Assembly: GCA_951406725.2 (NCBI GenBank)
Contig: OX597827.1
Coordinates: 27,714,001 to 27,778,000, forward strand
From: Octopus vulgaris
Lineage: Eukaryota
DNA length: 64,000 bases
Reading direction: 5' to 3'
A program made the position numbers and the translations under genes. Positions 13,854 through 27,829 of this stretch are shown here, one piece after another (position 1 is the stretch's first letter; each line of letters begins with the position of its first letter). The notes under the pieces are model-generated. The model ran no database searches, was not told the origin of the DNA, and worked only from the letters and a program-made list of their open reading frames with translations.

Positions 13854-14760
13854 CACAGTCCTTGAACATCTCGAGGCTGGTGATTTCGTGTGGCTGTTCG
13901 AGTTATATTTTTAGCTTCTATTTCTAGCATTTGCATGTGCTATTTGACACCCTTATTTATGTATTTGCCTTTTTGGTTTTTCATTGCTGTGGCCACCTAT
14001 ATTATAATGTAGTTAATATATCATAATATATTAATTTATCTTTATAGTATATATTTGTATAAAACTCACAGAATGAAGTATTTTGTTAAAATCCTAAAAT
14101 TTTCTCCGGATTAAAGAGATAACTTGCTTCCCGTTTGCTCATGAGAGGGGGAAAGCGTTGAAGAGCGAGCGCTAAAATTCAAAATGATTCAATCGTATAT
14201 AAAAATACAAATATATGTTGTACATAAACATAATAAATGCACAAGCAAGCAAGAAACATACACAGAAGGTCGCCAAATCCTCATCAGTTATCGGCCAAAG
14301 GGTCAAACGCAAATTCGTGCCTTAACGGTAAAAACGATAATCTCCCTCTGGTAGCGCCGCCAGGAATTGACGAGCCAAAAAACAAAACAGAAAATGAACA
14401 AACAGACAAGAAATAAACTAGTATACGATACAGGAAGTTAACATACGAATGTGGAATAAATATAATTCAAGATATGAGAATTAGTGGACAGACAAGGGAC
14501 AGAGACGAAAACAAAGAAGACGGCTGTGCGCATACAAACGAACTGAAATAAATAAACAAACAAAACAAAGCTTTAAGGCCAGACAGGAAAATAGTCGAGT
14601 GAGTTGACAAACAAAAGAAAGTGGTATTCAACACATATGGGAAGATTTATATATATTACTTAATGGCAGTTTGATTCGCTTCTACGCGCCTGATGAGTTA
14701 CGTTCGGTTAACGAGCCACCGATGCTTCAAGTTGCATGGAGCTGAATCAAACTATTATTT

Positions 14761-14823
<63 letters not shown>

Positions 14824-15236
14824 CACACGCACACTCACATGCACACATACATATATACATACATTTACATATATATATACAAATATACACACACACATAT
14901 AAGCATATACTTTTATGTATATATGTATGTAAATATACATATATACATATATTTATATATGTGTGTGTGTGTCTGTGCGTGTATGTGTGTATTTGTTTAT
15001 GGCCGTTCTTTCTGATAAATTACCAAAGAAATTACCATAATTTAAATTACCACAAATACACATACATATGCACACGCCCACACACAGGCACACACAAGCA
15101 CACACACACACACACAATCACACACCTATACACACACGCAATATAATTAGAGTCTCTTTTGATTGAAGGGAGATTTCAACAGTGATTAAATACATGAAAA
15201 CAACAACATCCACATCATCTACAACACAGCAGCAGC

Positions 15237-15270
<34 letters not shown>

Positions 15271-15893
15271 TCAATGACAACTACGACGAAAGCGACATAC
15301 TCTACCACCACCACCACCACCACCACCACACCAACAACAACAACAACAACAACAACATTCAAACAAAATTCGAAAAATTGAAATTTGCGAAAAATTCGTT
15401 TTATTGCCGTTAATAGTCTTCTTCAGTTGTTGCCGTTGTAATTGTTGTTGTAGGTATTTTGTTATGGTGTTTGTTGTTGTGAATATTGCATTAATATTGC
15501 ACTTATTTGTTTTGTGAGTTGTTGTTATCATATTTATTGTTGTGAGTTTCATTCCAGTTTTAATTGTTATTTTCGTTGTAGTCGTTGTTGTTGTTGTTGT
15601 TTTCTTAAATGGCCGTTCAAAATTTATGAAGATTAAAATAATTAATTCTTCAAAAGTTTGTTGACAGCCAAAGCTGGAGATCTGAGTTCTTGCTGCTGCT
15701 GCTGCTGCTGCTGTTGTTGTTGTTGTTGTTGTTGTGTCTGCGCGCGCAATGTATGTACGGGCGTGCGTGTGTAATTATGTGTGTGTGTGTGTGCAAACGA
15801 CAAATAGAATATATACATATATTTATTTATTTACGTATATATATGTGCATGTATATATATATATGTGTGTATGTATATATATATATGTGTGTA

Positions 15894-15956
<63 letters not shown>

Positions 15957-16100
15957 GTATATATATATATATTTATATAATATATATATATATACATATA
16001 TGTATATATCTATATATATATATGGTCATGTGGTAATCGAACGCTGGCGATACTTCAACATGACTGCAGCCTATAGGCTGAAACGTATAAAACAAAGAAT

Positions 16101-16152
<52 letters not shown>

Positions 16153-16219
16153 TGCATCTATCTATCTATATATATATATACATTCAATATACATACATAC
16201 ATACATATATCTATACATA

Positions 16220-16656
16220 CTTTTACTGGCTTCAGTTTATTTTGACAGCGGCCATGTTGGAGCACCGCCTTAAATATTTTAGTCGAAGAAATCGACACAT
16301 GGTTTGTTCTTTATAAGCTTAATACTTGTTCTATCGTTTACTTTTGCTGAACCGCTAAGAGACATAAGCGTACCAGCATCGGCTGTTAAGCGATGGCGGG
16401 ATGGGAGACTAAACACAAAGTTACACACTCACACTCACACGCACACACACACACACACACACATGCACACACATGCACATATATTTATATATATACGATG
16501 GGCTTCTTTCAGTTTCCGTCTACCAATTCCACTGACAAGGTTTTGGTCCGACTAAGGCTATAGTTGAAGATACTTGCCCAAGTTATCATGCAGTGGGACT
16601 AAACCCAGAACAATGTGGTTGGGAAGCAAGCTTCTTTCCACAAAGCCACGCCTGCA

Positions 16657-16657
<1 letters not shown>
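16220..16657 (-). mobile_element. SINE family A, full length
   Basis: Reverse complement of 7776-8236, including the internal microsatellite. Confidence 0.8.
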
Positions 16658-16716
<59 letters not shown>

Positions 16717-17181
16717 CATATAAGTTATATACATATAAATTAGTTATAAAAATTCACTACAACCTAGGCACATCAACGCGTATACATGCTTTATGTATAG
16801 AACGTATGTTTTTCTATGTGTGAGTTCGAGAACGACTTTGCGTGTTCGTGAATTTATATTTACATTTTAACTCTGAAAGAAACAAAACCTGAAAAAAAGA
16901 AAACAAAAGGAAAAAAACTCATCTCGTCTAAGTACATTTTTTGAGCAAGTAACAAACATCGTTCTAAGTGGAACCAACAGCAACACCAGCAGCAGCAGTT
17001 GGAGCAACAGTAGCAGACAGCAGTGATCTTTTAGCCTCTACAATCTTTGTTTTCGCAACACTATTGAATTAAAGACAATCGTATTCTATTTTAGATCCTC
17101 GTTTGATATAAGGAAGAAGCTTGTTTTCTTTGACATCATAATATCAAGATATTTATAGATTGATGTTTATTTAAGCTCTGC

Positions 17182-17331
<150 letters not shown>

Positions 17332-18532
17332 GGCGGTGAACAGGTGTGGTCGCCGTTTGTGAGGCACGCTTTCCCACAGCTCGTCTCCATGACCGAACTG
17401 CAATCGTGGATCAAAAAGAGGCCGAGGAAGGGCGAATGGCACAGCGAGTGTCGCGTTGCTCTCAAGCAACTCTGCCGTCCTGGGTCAACCTTGAGTGACT
17501 TCAACACAACCAAAGCATTCTATAGAGGATTAGTGGAGGGAAGGTACGACGACAAGCTCGGGGCGAACCTGGACGTCGACGAGGAATACCTGACCCGCCT
17601 GTTCAGGACGACTTTCCGGCCAGGGCCTATGGACAGCTTCCAGAGATCCCTGGCCTGGCAGTGCTACCGAGAAGCGCTACCCGTTTGGGATAAGCTCTAC
17701 AGACACGGCTCGAGAAACACGGGGCCGACCTTCCCGAGATGCGGTCAGAGCGACGAAACCGTTCTGCACGCACTCGTGCAGTGTCCAACAATTTCCGACC
17801 TGTTGGCTTATGTCGAACAACTGCTGTCACGTGTGGGACGAGTCGGTTTATCAGCTGAGTCTATCGTCAATATTGTCACGCGAAGGAAGAGCTATTTTCA
17901 TAATCCTTGTGGCTATGGCGAAAGAATGTATCTGGTGGACGCGTCTGAAAGGATTGGAGACAAACACTTTCCTCTCTGGTCAACCTCTCATCAACTTCTT
18001 CATGTACCACTTGAAATGGAAAGTGAGAGTAGAGAGGCAAGTTTTGTCTAGCGAACGTTTTTAAAAAAAGATGGGTGAATGTAGCAAGGATGGCACGCAT
18101 GAATGACGAAGCCACCTTGAGCATAATCCTATGAACCCAGAAATTGAAAACAGAGGGTTACCCACTTGCAAACAAATGTGGTAAACATATAACAATATTG
18201 ACCAAGGTTACCGTGGTCTTTTTCGTGGGCTTTTCTTCCCACGGATAAACCTTACTTACTTTCCCCTTTACACCATACATCATAACACTGTGATACACGA
18301 TACCTATTGATCGTTTTTTCCTCTTCTCCTTCTTTTTTCATTTTTCTTTTCTTTTGTTCCTTTTCCCTTTTTTCTTTTTTCTTTTCCTTTTTTTGTTCTT
18401 TTTTTTCCCTTTTACGATCCCTTTTGATCGAAAACCTACGCCACCCCTTTTTTTTTTTCATCCCCCAAAAGAAAAGCTCTACCTTGTAACTTGTCCCATC
18501 TGTGTGCAGCCCTGTGTGGCCAATAAAGAAAC
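17332..18532 (+). mobile_element. 5'-truncated Tx1-group LINE
   Basis: Highly similar to about 23901-25161; ends aataaagaaac followed by ttatctatc repeats. Confidence 0.92.
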
Positions 18533-18602
<70 letters not shown>

Positions 18603-18663
18603 GTCTGTCTGTCTGTCTATCTATCTACCTAGCTAGCTAGCTATCTGTCTGTCTGTCTGTCAG

Positions 18664-18761
<98 letters not shown>

Positions 18762-18762
18762 G

Positions 18763-18823
<61 letters not shown>

Positions 18824-18857
18824 CCTATCTATGTCTGTCTGTCTGTGTCTCAGTGTA

Positions 18858-18901
<44 letters not shown>

Positions 18902-18905
18902 TCTA

Positions 18906-18968
<63 letters not shown>

Positions 18969-19017
18969 GCCTGTCTATCTATCTATCTATCTATATATAT
19001 ATATATCTATCTATCTA
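18533..19017. repeat. Compound (TATC)n/(TGTC)n tract between the two LINE copies
   Basis: Seen directly. Confidence 0.9.
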
Positions 19018-19243
19018 TTATCCCACGATGGACGGACGCTAGTCATATCGGCTCTACGTAAGTTGGCCACTTTTACATGTTTAAAACTCCTTGTTGATAA
19101 ATATTTTGTTTTAATCGTTGTGCAAGTTCATTCACTAAAAAACCTGAGAATTATTCACGTAGAATTCCGCCCCTGTATGGGCGAAATTACCAAAAACTTT
19201 CAAAACTTTCGTTGTTTCTTTTTAGCCATTTTTCATTTTGAAA

Positions 19244-21241
19244 ATGGCAACTAGAAACCACGTGGCTAGCCCGCCAGTCATGCAGAACGGTAGCGAAACA
19301 CTATTGCTACCACTAGCTGCTAAACCTCGCAGCTTGAACACCGCTGTCACCACCAACAACAACAGCAAAACTAACGGCGCAAGACCATTCACCATAGCCG
19401 CGACCGAAAACATTAACTTAGATTTCCCCCCACTCCCTACACCACTTGTCGATGATAAAAGGACGGAGAAAGGGATTTCAAAAACGAATACAGACGAAAA
19501 CATGAATGCCAGCACCACCACCATCACCACCAACAACAACAACAACGAAATGGGCACAAAGCCGCTTACCAAAGACAACACCTCCAACACCAACGCCACT
19601 ACTACGACTTCAACTGCTACAACTAACCCTTCTGCTGCCAACACCGCCAACACCAACACCACTACCACGACTTCAACTGCTACAACTAACCCTTCTGTTG
19701 CTAACACCGCAAAATTTAAAACGAATTTTGCGGATGTGACAAAACAAAAACGAACAATTGTAAAATTCACCACACAGGAAATAAACCGCACAAAAGCACT
19801 CTTCACCAAAGAAGGAGACAAATTGCACCTTCACATTCCACAACACATCGTGGAAAACACAAAAAAAAAATCAATAATTTATAAAGTAATAAACAAGAAA
19901 ACAAGACGAACAGAAAATGCACCGCAGGAAAAAATTGAAAAATGCCTTCGTCCTGCATGGGACTCCAAGGAATATATCAGTTGGGGAAATAAATTTGGTA
20001 CAGTCCAAGTACGTTTCCTCAACGAAAATTTAGCAAAACGTTTTTCCACATTGGAGTTGCATTCGGACGACTTGGTAATGATACCAGTCTATTTAAACAA
20101 GAGAGTCACGAAAGTCCATATAAAAAAGGTACCCCTTGAAGTCGTAACACAATGGTTAGTCTCTGCCATCTGCTTTGAAATGACAGAGACAATGTCAGAG
20201 ACAAACATCCTTGAAATCGCTGTTCTAGGAGAGAAAGACTATGTGGGAAAATCAATCGAATTCCTTCTTCAATTGGATGAAGCAGCAAGAGAGAAGATAC
20301 CCACCACTATAGAACTGCCAGGAGGCTACAAACTCTATGTAGTGGTAGAGGGCAGGCGACCACGCTGCTATTTGTGTGGAAGCGAAACACACTTGAAAAA
20401 GACGTGCCCAACCACTGCACACCAAGAGCAACAACAACAACCACTACCACAACCAAAGCACTCCGGAAAAAAAGCTCTACTACCCACACCACCATCAACA
20501 CAGAAGACGACAAGAGAAGCACACCAAGCTAATCCGTCATCAACCAAAAACCACTCAACACCTGAAAAAATACCAACACCACCAACAACAGCAAGAACCA
20601 AAGGAACAGAAAAACAAAGAAAACACACAAAAACTGATCCCCCATCCCTTATACCGCACTCAACACACACAAACACTCAACAACCAACAATAACGAAAAC
20701 AACAACACAACCACTTACACAGACATACATAGAAGCCCACAACATACCCCTACCTCCTACTGATTCCTCAGAAATTTCGTCGGAAGACGAAACCAGTGAG
20801 GAATGGCAAATAGCTACAAAAAGAAGGAAAATAAAGAGCAGAAACACAACCAAACCAAATGCAAACACGAACAAAGCAGGGGGAAATACATCTCCCGAAG
20901 ACATTTCAAAACCCAACACAAACAACAGCCACACCAACACCACAAAAATATATACAGCAAACATGCTCACAGCTATATACACCAAAAACACAAATTTGAT
21001 GGAATACATCCAATCAAAAACAAACATAACAGAAGATGACATAAAAACAATCACCCATACACAACACCACCAGACCACATCAAAATATTACACATCTCCA
21101 AAAGTCTGCACCACACACTCAAAGGCATTTTCCCCAGTGCGGTTGGTAAATGCCAAAAATATCTCACAAAGAAACTGTACTGGGATCTCCTCGAGGACAA
21201 ACCAAAGGAGGAGAAAGCAAAAACTTTCGAGCAGTAAGTAA
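19244..21241 (+). CDS. LINE ORF1 nucleic-acid-binding protein
   Basis: Open for about 665 codons from the ATG at 19244. [24 protein letters not shown] is a Tx1-type zinc knuckle, flanked by Thr/Asn/Pro-rich disordered regions. The C-terminus may be frameshifted. Confidence 0.8.
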   Translation: MATRNHVASPPVMQNGSETLLLPLAAKPRSLNTAVTTNNNSKTNGARPFTIAATENINLDFPPLPTPLVDDKRTEKGISKTNTDENMNASTTTITTNNNNNEMGTKPLTKDNTSNTNATTTTSTATTNPSAANTANTNTTTTTSTATTNPSVANTAKFKTNFADVTKQKRTIVKFTTQEINRTKALFTKEGDKLHLHIPQHIVENTKKKSIIYKVINKKTRRTENAPQEKIEKCLRPAWDSKEYISWGNKFGTVQVRFLNENLAKRFSTLELHSDDLVMIPVYLNKRVTKVHIKKVPLEVVTQWLVSAICFEMTETMSETNILEIAVLGEKDYVGKSIEFLLQLDEAAREKIPTTIELPGGYKLYVVVEGRRPRCYLCGSETHLKKTCPTTAHQEQQQQPLPQPKHSGKKALLPTPPSTQKTTREAHQANPSSTKNHSTPEKIPTPPTTARTKGTEKQRKHTKTDPPSLIPHSTHTNTQQPTITKTTTQPLTQTYIEAHNIPLPPTDSSEISSEDETSEEWQIATKRRKIKSRNTTKPNANTNKAGGNTSPEDISKPNTNNSHTNTTKIYTANMLTAIYTKNTNLMEYIQSKTNITEDDIKTITHTQHHQTTSKYYTSPKVCTTHSKAFSPVRLVNAKNISQRNCTGISSRTNQRRRKQKLSSSK

Positions 21242-21281
21242 CCCTCTGTTCCTTTCACTTGTATTCTAATTCATTAGGATT

Positions 21282-24200
21282 ATGATCAAGATTGGTTGTG
21301 TAAATGCGCGTGGCTTGGGGTCCCTTTGGAAACAAGGGTACCTCTTAAATGACATAAAGTCACATAAGTTAGAAATCATAGCCATAAGTGAGACCAGACT
21401 CCACAAACCGCGGGTCCTAAAGACCATGTTTGGCGGACAGTTCAACATTTATTTTCCCCCTGTCTGCCGAGAATGGGCGGTAGTGGCACCGCGGTACTTT
21501 TTCGCAAGAGTCTGGATCTCAAAGTAAGGACAATATTCGTAGACCCGGAGGGTAGACTGGTCGTCCTGGATGTCGACGGCAGCAATGGGTGCGCTTTTCG
21601 ACTCGTATCAGTCTACGCACCGCCCTTAACAGGTCGGGCGGATTTCTTTCAACGTCTAGAAGTATTCTTGGGAACGTCTCGTCCTTTACTCTTAGTGGGG
21701 GATTGGAATGCTACCTTGGACACGCATGTAGACTACGTGGGTAGAGATAGGAATAGACGGGGATGCAAATGCCTCAGAGACCTGCTCAGACGCTTTCAAC
21801 TGTCTGACAGGTTCCGACTAGACCACCCGAATGCGCCAACGTGGACATGGAGCAACCGCATCGGGTCGTCGAGATCGTATCTAGATAGGATACTCTGTAG
21901 GACAGTAGACAGAGATAGCATAGGATGTCCACAATTCCACATAGTCAGCTACACGGATCACAAACTTGTGACATGTACGCTAGACTTAGGTAAGACACAT
22001 AGGCAGGGTCCCGGATACTGGAAACTAAACGCGTCTTTCCCATCGAGACAGGTTTTCAGAGACCGGATTAGCACACTAGTAAAGAGGGTTTTGACGGGGG
22101 CCATCATCAACAACAAATGGTGGTTTGCCCTCAAGAGAGCAGTAAAAGCTGAAGCGATTAGGTACAGCAAAGCACTAGCCATAGATAGAAATAGAGTAGA
22201 GGGTGAGCTAGTTAAGAAGCTAGAAGAGGCAATTAGAAGCGGCATCGCATCCGACGTTTTGGCGGCGAGGTTTGCCCTCGACCAACACTTCAACGCCAAA
22301 CACGAAGGATGTGCTGTCAGAGCTAGGACGCGTGCTCTAAGGAACGAAGGTGTTGGAGCCGCGAGAGAGGCCCTGGTGGCAGAGGCGCAACAGGGCAACA
22401 AAGCCACCATTCGGTCCCTGGTAGATGAACAGGGGCGCGAATTGCTTGAGCCAAGTAAAATGTGTGAGGCCTTTCAGCAGCATTTTGCCCGACTGTTCGG
22501 GACGAGTGGAGGGCAAGAACGTAGGGTGGACTTCAGTGCCTACCTACATAGCCTACCACGACTCTCGACAAGAAAGGCAGGGTGCTGTGAAGGTGCCATC
22601 ACGGCGGCGGAAGTGCAGGACGCGATGGCAGAATGCTCGAGGGACAAATCACTGGGTTTGGATGGTCTATCCTACGAGCTTTACAATTATATGCCAGACT
22701 TGTTTGGAGATCTCTTGGCGGCGGTGTCCTGCAACTGGCAGAAAAACGGGATCATTCCTGGTTTTGTGAGCCGAGGAGCCGTAACACTGCTGAAGAAAGA
22801 TCTAAACAAGGGAAATGTAATAAATAACTTTAGGCCCATCACTCTGCTTAATGCAGACTTGAAAATTTTGACCAAGGTGCTAGCCAAGAGGTTGGCGCTT
22901 GTCATCGAGAAACTGGTCGACAAGGCGCAAACATGCGCCGTGCCGGGCCGGACCATCCATGACAACCTCCACCTGATGCGCTACATCATAGACAGGGTAG
23001 TTAACGAACCTGGCATGGGTGGGGCGCTGATCAATTTGGCTCAATCGAAAGCTTTCGATAGGGTAGACCATCGATACTTGGAGGCGGTCCTCAGAGCGGC
23101 TGGCTACGGTCCCGTCTTCCGCGGCTGGATAGCCGCTTTATACAGAGGCATCCGTTCGGTAATTCGCGTGAATGGACATCTATCGAGACCCTTCGACATC
23201 GCACGTTCGGTCCGTCAGGGATGCCCCCTCTCGTCGCTTCTATACGTATTGACTCTCGAGCCATTATTGCGGAAGCTGGCAACTTTGAGGGGCATCCCGC
23301 GAGAACTGGGATGCGGGACGAGCGTGTCTGCATACGCGGACGACGTCACCGTCATAGTGTCTAGCCACGAGCACATCGAGCAGGTCGGCAAGACACTGAA
23401 AAACTACGAAGCGGTGACAGGAGCGAAAATCAACCGGGAAAAGTCAGTGGGCTTGCGACTAGGCACCTGGAGAAGCAAGCCCATGCCGTCCATCAGCGCC
23501 TCCGTCGTGGGACGCTGGACCGACGGCCCGGTTGAGTTGCTCGGGGTCTGGTTTGGTCCGGACCTCCAAGTGGAGAAGAACTGGAACGAGATAACGAGTA
23601 GGGTGGTCACTCTCGCCCGGCAATAGGCCGAGAGGAAACTGTCCCTAAAAGGTCGGGCGGAGGTGGCGAACACGTACATCGCGTCCGTCATCTACTACCG
23701 CCTGACCGTCGTACCTTGTCCCGACCCTACCATCACCAAACTAGAACGCATTCTCTTTCGCTTCTTGTGGAAAGGATGCGTCCCGATGGTTAGGCGATCC
23801 ATTTGCTGTCAACACCCGTTAAAAGGAGGACTGGGCATGCCGTGGTTGATGATGCGCAGACACACGCTGAGACTGCGACATCTCAGGCTCTTCGTAGACG
23901 ACGGTGAACAGGTGTGGTCGCCGTTTGTGAGGCACGCTTTCCCGCAGCTCGTCTCCATGACCGAACTGCAGTCGTGGATCAAAAAGAGGCCGAGGAAGGG
24001 CGAATGGCACCGCGAGTGTCGCGTTGCTCTCAAGCAACTCTGCCGTCCTGGGTCGACCTTGAGTGACTTCAACACAACCAAAGCATTCTATAGGGGATTA
24101 GTGGAGGGGAGGTACGACGACGAGCTCGGGGCGAACCTGGACGTCGACGAGGAGTACCTGACCCGCCTGTTCAGGACGACTTTCCGGCCAGGGCCCATGG

Positions 24201-24704
24201 ACAACTTCCAGAGATCCCTGGCCTGGCAGTGCTACCGAGAAGCGCTACCCGTTTGGGATAAGCTCTACAGACACGGGGCCGACCTGCCCGAGATGCGGTC
24301 AGAGCGACGAAACCGTTCTGCACGCACTCGTGCAGTGTCCAACAATTTCCGACCTGTTGGCTTATGTCGAACAACTGCTGTCACGTGTGGGACGAGTCGG
24401 TTTATCAGCTGAGTCTATCGTCAATATTGTCACGCCTCCTTACTTCAAACGGGAAGGAAGAGCTATTTTCATCATCCTTGTGGCTATGACGAAAGAATGT
24501 ATCTGGTGGACGCGTCTGAAAGGATTGGAGACAAACACTTACCTCTCTGGTCAATCTCACATCAACTACTTCAAGTACCACTTGAAAAGGAAAGTGAGAG
24601 TAGAGAGGCAAGTTTTGTCTAGCGAATGTTTTAAAAAAAGATGGGTGAATGTAGCAAGGATGGCACGTATGAATGACGAAGCCACCTTGAGCATAATCCT
24701 ATGA
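21282..24704 (+). pseudogene. LINE ORF2 (APE endonuclease, reverse transcriptase, CCHC), disrupted
   Basis: NARGL, ISETR, VGDWNA, SYLDR, TDHK (APE); FRPITLLNADLKI, KAFDRV, VRQGCPLS, AYADD (RT). Frameshift near 21455, TAG at 23624-23626, and a 14-nt deletion near 24275. Confidence 0.9.
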
Positions 24705-25446
24705 ACCCAGAAATTGAAAACAGAGGGTTACCCACTTGCAAACAAATGTGATAACATATAACAACATTGACCAAGGTTACCGTGGTCTTTTTCATAGGCT
24801 TTTCTTCCCACGGATAAACCTTACTTGCTTTCCCCTTTGCACCATATATCATAACACTGTGATACACGATCCCTATTGATCGTTTTTTTTCCTCTTCCCC
24901 TTTTTTCCCCTTTTTTCTTCTTTTTTCATTTCACTTTTCTTTTGTTCCTTTTCCTTTTCTTTTTTTTCTTTTTTTTCTTATTCTTTATTTTCTTTATTTT
25001 TTTTGTTCTTTCCTTCCCTTTTACGATCCCTCTTGATCGAAAACCTGCGCCAACCCTTTTTTTTCTTTTGTTTTTTGTTTTTTGTTTCATCCCCCAAAAG
25101 AAAAGCTCTACCTTGTAACTTGTCCCATCTGTGTGCAGCCCTGTGTGGCCAATAAAGAAACTTATCTATCTACCTATCTATGTCTGTCTGTCTGTCTGTC
25201 TGTCTGCCTGTGTCTCAGTCTATCTGTCTGTCTGTCTGTTTGTCTGTCTATCTATCTATCTATCTGTCTAACTGTCTATCTGTCTGTCTATCTTTCTGTC
25301 TGTCTGGCTGTCTATCTTTCTGTCTATCGGTTTGTCTGTCCCCGCTCTCTCCTCGTTGTGTTTGCCAATTTCCCTCTCCACATCACATGTTACTCAATCA
25401 TATACATACATGTGTGCGAGGTGTGTGCTTATATATTAAAATATCG

Positions 25447-25612
25447 TTTATCTTTTATCTCACGCTTCTTTATGTCATCAGACTGCGGCCACGCTGGGGC
25501 AACGCCTTGAAAAATTTGTTGTCGAATGTACCGACCTCAGTATTTTCTCTTACGTCTGGTATTTATTATATCGAACCGCTAACTTATGGGGACATAAACA
25601 CGCCAACATACG
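25447..25612 (-). mobile_element. SINE family A, 3' half, decayed
   Basis: gactgcggccacgctggggcaacgcc...gaaccgctaa. Confidence 0.6.
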
Positions 25613-25677
25613 CACATATACACATACATACACACACACAAATATATGTCAACGTAGGGGGCTATACATAATATAAA

Positions 25678-25877
25678 ACCAAAGAGGAAAAATTCAATTG
25701 TCACGGAGACTATTGGGCAGCACATATATTGCTAGAAATAAGAGTTAAAACCCTTAGAATTGCAAGGAAACACATCTTCATATACTAGCAGAAGGATTTT
25801 TAACTATTATTTCTAGCCGCATGTTTATTACTCAACACCCTCCGTCATAATTGTTGACGATTGAATTTTTCCTTCTA

Positions 25878-25880
<3 letters not shown>
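25678..25880. mobile_element. Short foldback/MITE-like element
   Basis: Terminal inverted repeats accaaagaggaaaaattcaattgtca and tgacgattgaatttttccttctaggt; internal agcacatatattgctagaaata is shared with 61859. Confidence 0.5.
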
Positions 25881-25911
<31 letters not shown>

Positions 25912-25912
<1 letters not shown>

Positions 25913-26074
25913 CCGCAGGCGTGGCTGTGTTGTAAGTAGCTTGCTTACCAGCCACATGGTTCTGGGTTCAGTCCCACTGGATGGCACTTTGGGCAAGTCT
26001 CTTCTACTATGGACTCGGTCCGACCAAAACCTTGTGAGTGGATTTGGTAGACGGAAACTGAAAGAAGCCCGTCG

Positions 26075-26144
<70 letters not shown>

Positions 26145-26161
26145 TGTGTGTGTGTGTGAGT

Positions 26162-26198
<37 letters not shown>

Positions 26199-26408
26199 AT
26201 AGAATGCATATCTGTGTTTGTCCCCCAACATCACTTCACAATCGATCGATGCTGTTGTGTTTACGTCCCCGTAATTTAGCGGTTCGGCAAAAGAGACCGA
26301 CAAAATAAGTACTAGGCTTACAAAGAATAAGTCCTAGGGTCGATTTGTTCGACTAAAGACGGTGCTCCAGCGTGGTCGCAGTCAAATGACTGAAACAAAT
26401 AAAAGAAT
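25912..26408 (+). mobile_element. SINE family A, full length
   Basis: Best-preserved copy; same layout as 7776-8236. Confidence 0.85.
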
Positions 26409-26464
26409 ATATATGTATGCATGTATGTATTTATTTTACTCTTTTACTCGTTTCTGTCATGGCT

Positions 26465-27390
26465 TTTCTGATTTCTTCAGTCTAGGGTGTTTCACATCAC
26501 CACTCCCGTATGCTGACCCATTTAGTGTATAACGGAGTTTGATTCCGCTGCCTTCGTCTGCACCTCATGCCGGGCTGTTGGTTCATTTGCTATTGTGGAG
26601 AGGAGGATGTCTAGTTCCTTTCTGAAGACTTCGACTTTATGCATATCTCTTATTTTTGTGGCTGGGCATTGGAGAGCTGTGGGACTTTGAACCTTAGACT
26701 ATTGCAGGACATGATCCTGAATTTAGATGGAGTGGATCGTACCTTTGGTACAATACAATGGCGTCTAATTCTACGTTTTGTATAACATTCAATGCCGAAA
26801 TTACTGGCCATTCTAGAGTTTTCTATATAAATCCTTATATAGATGGGGGGCCTTCACTCCAGGGAATAAAGTTGCAGTTTTCTCAGCCTATCCCTGTAGC
26901 TCATCCGCTGCACGGTTTCAATCTTTTTAGTGTAGTGGCGTTGAACTGCTTCACGCTCCGCTGTTAGTTTGGCACAATCTGGTGACCACAACTAAGAGCA
27001 GTAGTCCAGGCGGCTAAGAACAAAGGTTCTCTTCAAGGTCAACATACTTTCTTGGTTTCTTGTCTTGAAAGACCTCAGTATCCATTCTGGCTATTGTCTG
27101 CACTTTGCTGCAATCTTGGTAATGCGCATATAAAATGATGCATCATTGCACATACTGATCCCCATGTCTTTCACTGCCCGTGACTCTGGGATTGTAGTAC
27201 CTTCGGGTCCTGTAAAGGTAGATTGTATTATATATGTGCTGAGTTGATAGTGCAGTGCTTGAAATTTTCCAGCATTAAACTGCATGTTGTTTGATTTGGC
27301 TCCCTTGTATATCGAAGCATTTCTATATCGAATAACAGATCCCGCTGTAATTTTGCGATGTCATCTTGATTTTTTTAATTACCTGCGACC
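26465..27390 (-). mobile_element. CR1-like LINE 3' fragment
   Basis: NMQFNAGKFQALHY, RTFVLSRLDYCS, and a downstream region homologous to 11085-11590. Confidence 0.7.
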
Positions 27391-27522
27391 ATTTTGTATG
27401 TATATATATGTATATGTATATATATATAAGTGCGGTGATGCAAACAGGAACATAGAACTCAAAGGCTGAGTACATACATATTTTTATTGATATTTAGCAT
27501 AAGCAACAGAGTGAGACCAAGA

Positions 27523-27573
27523 GTTTCGTGCGTTGGCACTTACCTCACTTTGTTAAGTGCCAACGCACGAAAC
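27523..27573. repeat. Perfect 20-bp inverted repeat, probably a micro-remnant of an inverted Penelope pLTR
   Basis: gtttcgtgcgttggcactta, 11 nt, taagtgccaacgcacgaaac; each arm contains gtgc-caac-gcac-GAAAC. Confidence 0.55.
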
Positions 27574-27656
27574 ACTCGGCCCTTAAGCCACTCATTTTTT
27601 TCTGCTATGGACAACAGGTATTAAATGAGGATGATAACGGTGGGAATGTATAATCT

Positions 27657-27702
<46 letters not shown>

Positions 27703-27829
27703 ATTATATATATCATATACGTATATGTATATGCATGCATTTATATATATATATATATTTATTTATTTATATATATATATACATGCATTACATTTATATA
27801 TATATATATATCCATATATATATGTATGT

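Larger units (their letters stand above)
19018..25161 (+). mobile_element. Near full-length Tx1-group (L1 clade) non-LTR retrotransposon
   Basis: 5' UTR, ORF1 with a CCHC knuckle, ORF2 with APE, RT and CCHC, T-rich 3' UTR and AATAAA at the terminus; flanked by (TATC)n. Confidence 0.92.

Noticed and set aside
14270-14300. ctgatga on the minus strand as a hammerhead
   Set aside because: No GAAA or stem III follows at a workable distance.
19222-21078. Antisense ORFs (199 aa, 133 aa and others) opposite LINE ORF1
   Set aside because: They are shadows of the A/C-rich low-complexity sense ORF and show no domain.
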